NCBI GenBank assembly: GCA_050742695.1
Contig: JBOIGK010000800.1
Span: 1-40,762, forward strand
Source of the DNA: Advenella sp.
Lineage (GTDB): Bacteria; Pseudomonadota; Gammaproteobacteria; Burkholderiales; Burkholderiaceae_B
Length of the DNA: 40,762 nt
Direction: 5' to 3'
The notes beneath the pieces were generated by a model. That model did no database searches and was not told where the DNA came from. It saw nothing but the letters and a program-made list of their open reading frames with translations. Of this stretch, positions 17,115 to 25,605 are shown piece by piece. Every line of letters starts with the position of its first letter. Within the stretch, counting starts at the first letter, position 1. The translations under genes were made by a program, and so were the position numbers.

Positions 17115-17591
17115 GTGATTAATCTCTTTGTTGGAATCGACCCAGGCTGTTCTGGCGCCATCGTCGTTATCAGTGAGTCAGGCGAGTACGTCAGCCACCT
17201 CAACACGCCAACCGTGAAGGTCGGGACTAAATCCCGCGTCAACGGCGCACAGGTCGCAACGTTCCTGCTTCAGTACCGTGGCGCAATCTCTCACGCATAT
17301 CTGGAACAGGTCGGTGCAATGCCGGGGCAGGGTGTCAGCTCAATGTTCACGTTCGGCCACGCAGCGGGCAACGTCGAAGGGATCCTGCAGGGCATGTTCC
17401 TGCCGTACTCCCTCGTTACCCCGCAGGCGTGGAAGAAATCAGCTGGCCTCATCGGCAGCGACAAAGACGCGGCGCGCAGCCGGGCAATTCAGCTTTACCC
17501 ATCACTGCGTGCTCTCGACGCAAAAGCCAAAGGGCAGGCCATTGCCGACGCGCTTCTCATCGCACGCCACGGATTAGGAGTGAAATCCTGA
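17115..17591 (+). CDS. RuvC-like Holliday junction resolvase
   Basis: VGIDPGCSGA, YLEQV, VTPQAWKK, ADALLIA; GGAG before GTG 17115. Confidence 0.85.
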   Translation: MINLFVGIDPGCSGAIVVISESGEYVSHLNTPTVKVGTKSRVNGAQVATFLLQYRGAISHAYLEQVGAMPGQGVSSMFTFGHAAGNVEGILQGMFLPYSLVTPQAWKKSAGLIGSDKDAARSRAIQLYPSLRALDAKAKGQAIADALLIARHGLGVKS

Positions 17592-17803
17592 TGGATCACT
17601 TAGACCACGTCAGCGAAACAGAACAGCAGATTCTGGACATGCGCCTGAAGGCCGTCACCCAGCATTCGACCCGCCCATCAGCCAGATTCTGTGCCGAATG
17701 CGGAAACGATATACCGGAAGAACGACGCGTTGCGCTGCCTGGTGTGCAGCTCTGCGTAGGCTGCAAAGAAGTGCAGGAAATTAAAAACCGTAATCGCCGT
17801 TAA
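17591..17803 (+). CDS. TraR/DksA C4 zinc-finger protein
   Basis: MDHLD...CAECGNDIPEERRVALPGVQLCVGC. Confidence 0.9.
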   Translation: MDHLDHVSETEQQILDMRLKAVTQHSTRPSARFCAECGNDIPEERRVALPGVQLCVGCKEVQEIKNRNRR

Positions 17804-17825
17804 CATTTTGAATGGGATAAATATT

Positions 17826-18197
17826 ATGAAAAATAACGAGTTAATAGAAGTTAAGCCTGTCATGCCTTCACTTGAAGGGCTGCCGCAAGAGGTCATTGAG
17901 TATGTGCATGGGCTGGTGGCTGAGAATGCGCGAGCAGTTGACGCTGTAACAGTCTTCTCAAAAGTGACCGAAGAAATCACTGAGATTATTTGTGATGAAA
18001 TTGGTCATGAAAAAGTTGCTGAGATTCTCGGTGCATTTAATGACCTCGGGAATATGCCCAACACCGACGCCGCTATCGCTGAGATTAATGCTCAAGGTAT
18101 CGATAAATGGGTAGAAAGTCGCAAAGGCCGCTGGAATGGAACCACGAAAGAAGCTGAAGAATTCGCCGCCAATCTGCGCGCTGGGAGGAAGGGATGA
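17826..18197 (+). CDS. Hypothetical protein
   Basis: ORF in coupled array; TDAAIAEI.AQG...FAANLR C-terminal motif common in phage early genes. Confidence 0.7.
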   Translation: MKNNELIEVKPVMPSLEGLPQEVIEYVHGLVAENARAVDAVTVFSKVTEEITEIICDEIGHEKVAEILGAFNDLGNMPNTDAAIAEINAQGIDKWVESRKGRWNGTTKEAEEFAANLRAGRKG

Positions 18198-18409
18198 TTA
18201 AGCCAGTTTATGGAATCGGCGGTCCATTAACGGATGCAAACTTCAACATCATGAAGATGAGCAAAAAACAAGTGCAGGCACTGGCTGACAAGAAAGCAAA
18301 GAAAACCATTAAGGATGGCCTGTCTGATTTTGCGAGAGGTTTTGTATTTGATGCTGGCGATTATTATCGGATTTCAGTTTGCGTAACAAATCCAGGAGCA
18401 ACCTCATGA
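18194..18409 (+). CDS. Hypothetical protein
   Basis: 71 aa, GGAGG RBS, ATGA overlaps on both sides. Confidence 0.65.
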   Translation: MIKPVYGIGGPLTDANFNIMKMSKKQVQALADKKAKKTIKDGLSDFARGFVFDAGDYYRISVCVTNPGATS

Positions 18410-18975
18410 CTGATACAACCGTAAAAAGCATCGCCAGCGGCGGTAAATTGACGCCTGAAACTTTCGCTGATTTCGTCCAGCGCCTGAAATACCACTGTCA
18501 GGGCGAAGGTGTTAGCGACCATTGCACCGCTGATGCGATTTTCATTGTTGAAAGAAAGCGCCTGATCACCGGCATTGATTTGGATTATGCGCCAGAAAAG
18601 GTTATTTGCCTCGATGACCGCCAGTGGTTCTCCCCGAAAGAATACTGGGACGACTGCGACCGGCAGCAAAAGGCAGTACTGAATAAGGCTGCGCAGGACT
18701 GGTGCGATAAGAAGTTCCTGCACGCTGACGAGTACGATCAGTGGTATGTCCTGGGCGAATTGGAAGACCACACGCTTACCGGTTACAGCGAGGAATGGGA
18801 TTACGTAAACAGCCACTTTACCAAGGAAGGCGCTGAAGCATTCATCAAACGCAAGAAGCATGACCACCCGGACGGACTGCGTGTTTATGTTGACGCAAAT
18901 ATTTACTGCTGGGAATTCAACGCCATCAAAGAAGCTCTGATGGATGGCCGCCTGGTGCTGAAGGAGGTTCTATGA
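18406..18975 (+). CDS. Hypothetical protein
   Basis: AGGAG RBS; HCTADAIFIV, WDYVNSHFTKEGAEAFIKRKKHD motifs. Confidence 0.75.
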   Translation: MTDTTVKSIASGGKLTPETFADFVQRLKYHCQGEGVSDHCTADAIFIVERKRLITGIDLDYAPEKVICLDDRQWFSPKEYWDDCDRQQKAVLNKAAQDWCDKKFLHADEYDQWYVLGELEDHTLTGYSEEWDYVNSHFTKEGAEAFIKRKKHDHPDGLRVYVDANIYCWEFNAIKEALMDGRLVLKEVL

Positions 18976-19529
18976 CTGATACAACAGATATCAAGGCGCT
19001 GCGTAAAAGATTCGGCAACACACTGCCACCGGCAGATATCGCCAAGGCAAAATTCATTGAGTTGCTGAATGGGCCATCCGCCCGATCATGGTTCCTAGCC
19101 CCGTATGCTATCGCCCTACTCGACCTGCTCGAAGCAGAACGCCAGCGGGCTGCCGGTTCAGAGGAAGAACTGCACAAGGCATTACATCGCGAGAAAGCAG
19201 CGGAACGTAAATTTCTTGCGGCTCAGGAGGAAATTGCAGAGCTGAAAGGCGATCAGGTGCCTTACGCATATTCATATAACTATGCCGGTTGTGAAACATG
19301 TGAAGGATTCCAAGACTGGCGTAAAGAATTGAGCAGAGAAAGGCCACCTGAATGGATGATTGAAACTGGCAAGGTGACAGACTTAGTTGAGCTATTCACC
19401 GCCCAGCAAAAGCCGGTCGTGCCTATGGCGTTATTTGACGGATATCAACCGCATATAGTTAGAGAGTTACAGGCAGCTTTCAAAGCAGCAATCGAGGCCG
19501 CTGGCGGCATCGTGAAGGATGGTGAGTGA
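18972..19529 (+). CDS. Ead/Ea22-like protein
   Basis: DIKALR...P...IALLDLLEA then coiled coil; AGGAGG RBS. Confidence 0.65.
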   Translation: MTDTTDIKALRKRFGNTLPPADIAKAKFIELLNGPSARSWFLAPYAIALLDLLEAERQRAAGSEEELHKALHREKAAERKFLAAQEEIAELKGDQVPYAYSYNYAGCETCEGFQDWRKELSRERPPEWMIETGKVTDLVELFTAQQKPVVPMALFDGYQPHIVRELQAAFKAAIEAAGGIVKDGE

Positions 19530-19530
19530 T

Positions 19531-19752
19531 ATGGCCGCCAAAATGATCACTCGGTGCATGGCTTGTGGAGGGTTCTCGTCTGAACCTGCATTTCAGGCAG
19601 TACCTGAGATTCCGATTTGTAAATTGTGCAGGTCAGAAGGTAAAAAACCTCGTTACGTCTGGGTGAATGTCCTGTCTAAACCGCTGCTCAAATTCGATTA
19701 CAGGAATGAGATTTTCCTCAGCACATTACGGTATGGTGGCAGAAATGGCTAA
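19531..19752 (+). CDS. Small CxxC..CxxC protein
   Basis: CMAC...CKLC; fills gap between coupled genes. Confidence 0.55.
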   Translation: MAAKMITRCMACGGFSSEPAFQAVPEIPICKLCRSEGKKPRYVWVNVLSKPLLKFDYRNEIFLSTLRYGGRNG

Positions 19753-20089
19753 ATCCGCAGCAGAGCGAAAAGCCGCGCAGCGTGCTCGCCAGTGTGACGC
19801 CGGTTTACAAAAGGTCGAGGTGGCGCTCGACCGGCAGGAAGTCGATATGCTCCGGCAGAACTGCGCATTACGCCGCCCGCAACGCGAACCGTACGACATG
19901 GACGAGTACATCACCATGCTGATCCGCAAAGACAACGCAGAGTTGCAGGCGCAGCTCACCGAGCAAGCCGGGCGCAAATGCGGTAAGTGCGGCGACTCGC
20001 TGCCAGGTGATAAGCAAGGCTGCGCGTTCATCGGTGAAGGTGCATGCTGGCAAACGATGGGCTGGCATGAAACAAAATTAACGGTGTGA
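19745..20089 (+). CDS. Conserved hypothetical protein with C-terminal Cys cluster
   Basis: MAKSAAERKAAQRARQ...CGKCGDSLP..C...C; last gene before terminator and terS. Confidence 0.75.
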   Translation: MAKSAAERKAAQRARQCDAGLQKVEVALDRQEVDMLRQNCALRRPQREPYDMDEYITMLIRKDNAELQAQLTEQAGRKCGKCGDSLPGDKQGCAFIGEGACWQTMGWHETKLTV

Positions 20090-20119
20090 CATGTCACGAC
20101 ATAGCAGAACAGCCAGAAT

Positions 20120-20144
20120 AACCGCCGCTTGGCGGTTTTCTTTT
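20120..20144 (+). terminator. Intrinsic terminator before terS
   Basis: AACCGCC-GCTT-GGCGGTT-TTCTTTT. Confidence 0.8.
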
Positions 20145-20155
20145 GCGTGTTATGA

Positions 20156-20170
20156 TTACCGTGGAGGTAA
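20156..20170. promoter_or_regulatory. Operator overlapping terS RBS
   Basis: TTACC-GTGGA-GGTAA contains GGAGG; ATG at 20176. Confidence 0.65.
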
Positions 20171-20175
20171 CTATC

Positions 20176-20739
20176 ATGGCTGAGAAAGGTAAACTTAATG
20201 CGCAAATGGAATTGTTTGCGCAGGAGATGTTGAAGGATCCGCGTAACCAGAGACAGGCAGCAATCAACGCTGGCTACTCGGTCAAGACAGCCACGCAAAA
20301 GGCCGCTGGCCTGATGAATCTGCCGAAGGTTGTGGCTCGCATCGAAGAACTGATGGAATTACGCAATAAGCGCCTGCGCGTCAGTGCGGACTACGTGCTG
20401 CTTCGCCTAGTGGAAATCGACCAGATGGACGTGCTGGACATTCTCGACGATGAAGGTGGACTCAAGCCGATCAGTTCATGGCCGAAGATATGGCGCACGA
20501 CACTCAGCGGGCTGGACATCAACCGGATCCGCATGGCCGGAAAGAATGACGAAGATGATATCGAATCCACTCTGCAAAAAATCAAATGGCCGGACAAAGT
20601 GAAGAACCTCGAGCTGATCGGGAAGCACGTTGATGTCATGGCCTTCAAAGAGCGCATTGAAGTGAGCGGCACAGTGACCATCGCTGACCGCATGGCTAAT
20701 GCCCGGCGCCGCGTCAAAGAGCAGGGTGAAGATAAATGA
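20176..20739 (+). CDS. terS: Terminase small subunit
   Basis: QAAINAGYS, DKVKNLELIGKH; upstream of terL. Confidence 0.92.
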   Translation: MAEKGKLNAQMELFAQEMLKDPRNQRQAAINAGYSVKTATQKAAGLMNLPKVVARIEELMELRNKRLRVSADYVLLRLVEIDQMDVLDILDDEGGLKPISSWPKIWRTTLSGLDINRIRMAGKNDEDDIESTLQKIKWPDKVKNLELIGKHVDVMAFKERIEVSGTVTIADRMANARRRVKEQGEDK

Positions 20740-22211
20740 CCGATGCCGCCGTACTCTCCCCGGATGAACAGCTGATCGAAGACATTGCCAGTTTTACGCA
20801 TGACCCGCTGGGCTATGCGCATTACGCGTTCCCGTGGGGCGAAGAGGGCACAGAGCTGGCGCACGCAGCAGGGCCGAGGAGATGGCAGGCCGACGCATTC
20901 CGCGAGATACGCGACCATCTGCAAAATCCGGCAACGCGGTACCAGCCGCTGATGATAGCCAGGGCATCTGGGCACGGTATCGGCAAGTCCGCATTCATCT
21001 CCATGCTGATGAACTGGGGCATGTCCACCTGCGAGGATTGCAAGGTGGTGGTGACCGCCAACACTGAGAACCAGCTGCGCACCAAGACGTGGCCGGAAAT
21101 CATCAAATGGTCGAACCTTGCAATCACTAAACCGTGGTTCACGACGACTGCAACCGCGATGTACAGCAACGACAGCGGCCACGATAAACGCTGGCGTGCT
21201 GATGCCATCCCGTGGAGTGAACACAACACAGAAGCGTTCGCCGGTCTGCACAACGAGCGTAAGCGCATCATCGTCGTATTCGATGAAGCGTCCAACATTG
21301 CCGATCTGGTGTGGGAGGTAGCCGAAGGGGCGCTGACCGATGAGGACACAGAAATTATCTGGGTAGCATTCGGCAACCCGACCCGTAACAGCGGACGTTT
21401 CCGCGAATGCTTCCGCAAGTACAAACACCGCTGGCGCTGCGCGCAGATAGACAGCCGGACGGTTGAAGGCACGAACAAAGAGCAACTGCAAAAGTGGGTG
21501 GACGACTACGGCGAAGACAGCGACTTCGTTAAGGTGCGTGTGCGTGGGATCTTCCCTGACGTGTCAGAGGCGCAGTTCATACCAACCGGCCTGACCGATG
21601 CCGCCATGAAGCGCCAGTGGACAGCAGCAGAGGTATCACACGCCCCGATCATTATCGGCGTTGACCCTGCTTACTCCGGCGCGGATGACTTCGTGATTTA
21701 CCTGCGTCAGGGGCTGCACAGCAAATGCCTTGGCACCTATCCAAAAACCACTGATGAGCTGATATCCGCGAAGCGCATCGCCGACTTCGAAGATCAGTAC
21801 AAGGCTGACCAGGTGTTTATAGACTTCGGTTATGGCACGGGCATTCATTCCATCGGTTCAAGCTGGGGCAGAACGTGGCAACTGGTGCCGTTCGGTGGTG
21901 GTTCAACTGATCCACAAATGGCGAATAAGCGCGGCGAGATGTACAACAGCTGCAAATCGTGGCTGAAGATTGGCGGTTCTTTAGACGATCAGGAGACTGC
22001 TGACGACCTGAGCGCGCCGGAGTACAAAGTTCGTCTCGACGGCAGGATTGTTCTTGAAGACAAGGGAGACATCAAGAAGCGGATAGGAAGGTCACCGGGC
22101 AAGGCCGATGCACTGGTGCTGACGTTTGCATTCCCAGTAACCAAAAGGCAGAACCTGCTGGGTGGATTGGCGGCGAACCAAGTCGCCACCGATTATGATC
22201 CATATAAATAA
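20736..22211 (+). CDS. terL: Terminase large subunit
   Basis: Walker A SGHGIGKS, Walker B VVFDEAS, FGNP, IGVDPA, SPGKADAL. Confidence 0.95.
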   Translation: MTDAAVLSPDEQLIEDIASFTHDPLGYAHYAFPWGEEGTELAHAAGPRRWQADAFREIRDHLQNPATRYQPLMIARASGHGIGKSAFISMLMNWGMSTCEDCKVVVTANTENQLRTKTWPEIIKWSNLAITKPWFTTTATAMYSNDSGHDKRWRADAIPWSEHNTEAFAGLHNERKRIIVVFDEASNIADLVWEVAEGALTDEDTEIIWVAFGNPTRNSGRFRECFRKYKHRWRCAQIDSRTVEGTNKEQLQKWVDDYGEDSDFVKVRVRGIFPDVSEAQFIPTGLTDAAMKRQWTAAEVSHAPIIIGVDPAYSGADDFVIYLRQGLHSKCLGTYPKTTDELISAKRIADFEDQYKADQVFIDFGYGTGIHSIGSSWGRTWQLVPFGGGSTDPQMANKRGEMYNSCKSWLKIGGSLDDQETADDLSAPEYKVRLDGRIVLEDKGDIKKRIGRSPGKADALVLTFAFPVTKRQNLLGGLAANQVATDYDPYK

Positions 22212-22224
22212 TATAAAACGTGAA

Positions 22225-23019
22225 TTATGAGACGTGATGACTTTTCCGATTTAAATTCATTTCATCCAGACTTACGGTTCTGGTTGCTATTTGTTTAAAT
22301 ATGTCAGGATATTGATTCTGCAGTGATGTTAATAATAATTTATTGTGCTTTAGATCATTACTTAAGGATTTAGTATCTAACTCAAGCTTTATTTTTTGCT
22401 CAATAGACTGGCGAAGTTCATTATCTTTTTCTTTAATTATTTTTTGTAGTTTTTCATTTTGGTCGGATAACATCACCATGTTAGCAGTTGCGGTCTTAAC
22501 TTCTACCATCGCCTCCTGAAGAGAATTACTCATTTCTTTGAGGGAATTGTCTCTATCTTTAACTGCTTCAGTTAGTGCGATATTTTGACTTTTTGTAGAG
22601 TATATATCCTCTTCGATATTTCTTTCTTCGCGTTTGTCTGACAACCTTTTTTTAGATTCGATATCAGCTATCTCTAGTTGTTTCTCTGCGAGTGCAATTT
22701 TTTCGGTCATAGTTGTTACAGTTGCAGCGCTAATAGGCTTGCTCTGAAATTTAATAATATATTTTGTCGCCTGTGGAAGGAGTATGCATATCAAGGTGGT
22801 TGTAAATAATGGGCCTATGAGTAGGCTTTCAATACCAAAGTGTTGATTTATATATACGATTCTTTCTTCAACATCCTTTTTGCTGATAAATAAAATAGCT
22901 AGTAGTTGCCAATTAAATCCTAACCAAGAGAAAACAAAAGCGCCGAGGAATGGGCTTTTCATTCTTTCCAGTGAGTTTTGACGGAATGCAGCAAAAATAT
23001 CCTTAATAAAATCAAGCAT
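22225..23019 (-). CDS. AT-rich membrane-anchored coiled-coil protein (inserted gene)
   Basis: ERMKSPFLGAFVFSWLGFNW and a second TM segment, then long coiled coil; low GC; opposite strand. Confidence 0.8.
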   Translation of the reverse strand: MLDFIKDIFAAFRQNSLERMKSPFLGAFVFSWLGFNWQLLAILFISKKDVEERIVYINQHFGIESLLIGPLFTTTLICILLPQATKYIIKFQSKPISAATVTTMTEKIALAEKQLEIADIESKKRLSDKREERNIEEDIYSTKSQNIALTEAVKDRDNSLKEMSNSLQEAMVEVKTATANMVMLSDQNEKLQKIIKEKDNELRQSIEQKIKLELDTKSLSNDLKHNKLLLTSLQNQYPDIFKQIATRTVSLDEMNLNRKSHHVS

Positions 23020-23044
23020 AACAGGACCTCAGTTTTTTTTCTGA

Positions 23045-23073
23045 AGTATACCTTTATGGTGATTATCAGTCAT
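23045..23073 (-). promoter_or_regulatory. Promoter of the 22225-23019 gene with an operator-like site
   Basis: ATGACT-17-TATACT; TCACCATAAAGGTAT (23062-48) is 13/15 identical to the operator at 23645. Confidence 0.55.
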
Positions 23074-23079
23074 CAAGAT

Positions 23080-23106
23080 AAAAAAAATGCCCCCGGCGAA
23101 GGAGGC
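23080..23106 (-). terminator. Intrinsic terminator of the leftward non-coding unit
   Basis: GCCUCC-UUCGCC-GGGGGC-A-U8. Confidence 0.8.
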
Positions 23107-23646
23107 GAAAGACTACACACAGCAATGGGATGTATCACGGTCACAGGTATTACCGGCTGATCACTGTGGGCACCGGTGCCATCCCATACGGTGCTTATTG
23201 GCTACTTCAATGCTCATGCGGTAATACGCTGGTTTACGTCCAGCAACGCTGAGTTCGGTGATCCGGTTCCAGTACCGGACTGCTCCAGCTTTTAAACCTT
23301 TGCAGGTAACAGGCACTGCCTGCGCACGCATATCAGTATTTGCTAATGGAACAGGATGTTGAGATGTCCGACTCAACGGAGATGGCGCTGGTAACCAGTA
23401 GCGGGTATTTAGTCGCACCCTGCGTTTGCAGAGTGGCCCATTCCTGTATGGTCAGTGCCATTTCCTGTTAAGTGCTGACCTCCCAGCCAACGTGGTTCGG
23501 GTAACACGCATTCACGTGCTTTACGAACTGGCAGGCTTTACCGTGCTGCCCCGTACTACTTGCCGGTTACGCTCCGGTGTCGTTTTTACGACCGTTCTTT
23601 GGACTGTGGTTTCATACAAACTACTGATAATGACGCTTCAATAGTT
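23080..23646 (-). ncRNA. Putative long structured non-coding transcript ending in an RprA-like sRNA module
   Basis: Bounded by promoter and terminator; no ORF with a good RBS; many hairpins; AUUGCUGUGUGUAGUCUUU (23126-23108) before the terminator matches the recalled RprA 3' region. Confidence 0.6.
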
Positions 23647-23681
23647 ACCATAAAGGTAACTGCGCATCTATTAATTGTCAA
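23645..23681 (-). promoter_or_regulatory. Leftward sigma70 promoter overlapped by repressor operator
   Basis: TTGACA(23681-76)-17-TACCTT(23658-53); TTACCATAAAGGTAA 23645-59. Confidence 0.75.
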
Positions 23682-23733
23682 TAAATATTCTAATATGGTT
23701 AAATGGTAATTATTTTCTGCGGATGAAAAAATC

Positions 23734-23940
23734 ATGTGCATCGGTAGCTCTCCAAAAACCTCTACTCCGGCAGTGCAATCTGCACCGCAAGTCCAAGACG
23801 AAGCTGTTGTGAATGCTACTGACGAAGAGAAGCGCCGCCGCCGTGCCGCCGCTGGTCAGAAGTCCACAATCCTGACGTCTGCGCAGGGTGACACATCAAC
23901 GCCGACAGCCGCATCAGGCAAAACCCTGCTGGGGGCTTAA
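23734..23940 (+). CDS. Small virion-associated protein preceding portal
   Basis: MC...RRRRAAAGQKSTILTS..G...KTLLG pattern typical of this position. Confidence 0.8.
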   Translation: MCIGSSPKTSTPAVQSAPQVQDEAVVNATDEEKRRRRAAAGQKSTILTSAQGDTSTPTAASGKTLLGA

Positions 23941-23943
23941 TCG

Positions 23944-25605
23944 ATGGCTGAAGAATCGCGCAAGCAGTTTTACATCAAACAGTTGAGCTCTCTGGAAACG
24001 GAACGCTCATCGTTTGATCCGCACTGGCGCGAGTTGTCAGATTTTGTTCTGCCTCGCAGCAGCCGATTCCTCACCACTGAACGCAACAAATCTAAGCGCA
24101 ACACTAACATCGTGGACCCGACAGCAACGCTGGCAAGCCGCACGCTATCCAGTGGCATGTTGTCCGGTATAACCAGTCCGACGCGTCCATGGTTCACCCT
24201 CGGCACGCCTGACCCCGACATGATGGAATACGGACCAGTTAAGTTCTGGCTCGAAACTGTTCAGAACCGCATGAACGATGTGATGAACAAATCGAATTGG
24301 TACCAGTCTTTGCCAATTGTCTACGGCCAGCTGGGCACCTTCGGCACGACAGCTATGTCACTGCTGGAAGACGACGAAGATGTGATACGTACACACCCAT
24401 TCCCGATCGGCAGCTACTACCTGTCGAACAGTGACCGCCTGCAGGTCGATACCGTTTATCGCAAATTCTCAATGACGTGCCGTCAAATCGTCCAGCGCTT
24501 CGGTCTGGGCAACGTCAGTGACAGCGTTAAATCAGCATGGGAAAGCCAGCAATATGAGCAGTGGTTTGACGTTGTTCACGTTGTTGAACCGAACATGAAT
24601 CGCGATACCGGAAAGATGGATTCGAAGAATAAGAAGTTCTCTTCGGTCTATTTCGAATGCGGTGGCGGCGGCGACAAGCTGCTGAGTGAGAAAGGTTTTG
24701 ATGACATGCCGATCATGGCGCCGCGCTGGGACATCAACGGCGAGGACGTTTACGGTTCGTCATGTCCGGGCATGATTGCACTGGGTAGCGTGAAAGCTCT
24801 CCAGCTCGAGCAGCGCCGCAAGGCTCAGGCCATCGACAAACTGGTTAATCCGCCAATGGTAGGTCCGAGTTCATTGAAGAACCAGCGCGCCAGTCTTTTG
24901 CCGGGTGAAATTACTTACGTTGACCAGGTCAGTGGCAATACATCATTCCAACCAGCTTACGCCATCAACCCGCGCATCAATGAGTTGGTGGCTGACATTC
25001 AGGATACGCGTTCCCTCATCAACTCCAGCTACTTCGTTGACCTCTTCATGATGCTGCAAAACGTCAACACCCGCAGCATGCCGGTGGAAGCCGTGGTTGA
25101 GATGAAAGAAGAGAAGCTGCTGATGCTGGGGCCGGTGCTGGAACGTCTCAACGATGAATTCCTCGATCCGTCCATCGACCGCATCTTCAACATCATGGCT
25201 CGCAAGAACATGTTGCCACCTGCTCCACCTGAGCTGGCTGGTCAGTCGCTGCGCGTCGAATACATCTCTGTCATGGCTCAGGCACAGAAAGCCGTAGGCA
25301 TTGGCTCCATCGAACGCTTCGTTGGTTTCGTCGGTGGTCTTGCTCAGGCCAAACCTGAAGCGCTGGACAAACTCAACGTCGATCAGGCGATCGATGACTA
25401 CGGCAGCATGGTTGGCGTTCCTGCCACCATCATCGCCACCAGTGATCAGGTTGCAGATGTCCGAGCGCAGCGCGCCGAGCAGATGCAGAAACAGCAGGCA
25501 ATGGCGCAAAGCATGGCAGCAGTGCAGGGGGCTAAGACCCTCAGTGAAACCCAGACCGATCAGCCAAGCGCGCTGACAGCAGTAGCAGGGGCGATGCAGC
25601 CATGA
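23944..25605 (+). CDS. Portal (head-tail connector)
   Basis: 553 aa; LSSGMLSGITSPTRPWF, LGPVLERL; podovirus type. Confidence 0.93.
   Translation: MAEESRKQFYIKQLSSLETERSSFDPHWRELSDFVLPRSSRFLTTERNKSKRNTNIVDPTATLASRTLSSGMLSGITSPTRPWFTLGTPDPDMMEYGPVKFWLETVQNRMNDVMNKSNWYQSLPIVYGQLGTFGTTAMSLLEDDEDVIRTHPFPIGSYYLSNSDRLQVDTVYRKFSMTCRQIVQRFGLGNVSDSVKSAWESQQYEQWFDVVHVVEPNMNRDTGKMDSKNKKFSSVYFECGGGGDKLLSEKGFDDMPIMAPRWDINGEDVYGSSCPGMIALGSVKALQLEQRRKAQAIDKLVNPPMVGPSSLKNQRASLLPGEITYVDQVSGNTSFQPAYAINPRINELVADIQDTRSLINSSYFVDLFMMLQNVNTRSMPVEAVVEMKEEKLLMLGPVLERLNDEFLDPSIDRIFNIMARKNMLPPAPPELAGQSLRVEYISVMAQAQKAVGIGSIERFVGFVGGLAQAKPEALDKLNVDQAIDDYGSMVGVPATIIATSDQVADVRAQRAEQMQKQQAMAQSMAAVQGAKTLSETQTDQPSALTAVAGAMQP

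Noticed and set aside
20391..21491. 366-aa antisense ORF, and similar ones such as 24943-25677 and 19726-20298
   Set aside because: Shadow frames of well-supported genes, with no recognisable motifs
23161..23418. 85-aa ORF in the non-coding unit
   Set aside because: GTG start without a usable SD and no recognisable motif; not formally excluded
23333..23461. 42-aa ORF MALTIQEWATLQ..., faintly like the MCP N-terminus ALTLADW
   Set aside because: SD spacing is poor (AGGA too close, GGAGG too far) and the similarity is too short
23170..23580. CsrB-like sponge
   Set aside because: About 10 GGA in ~560 nt is near chance expectation, and few lie in ANGGA loops
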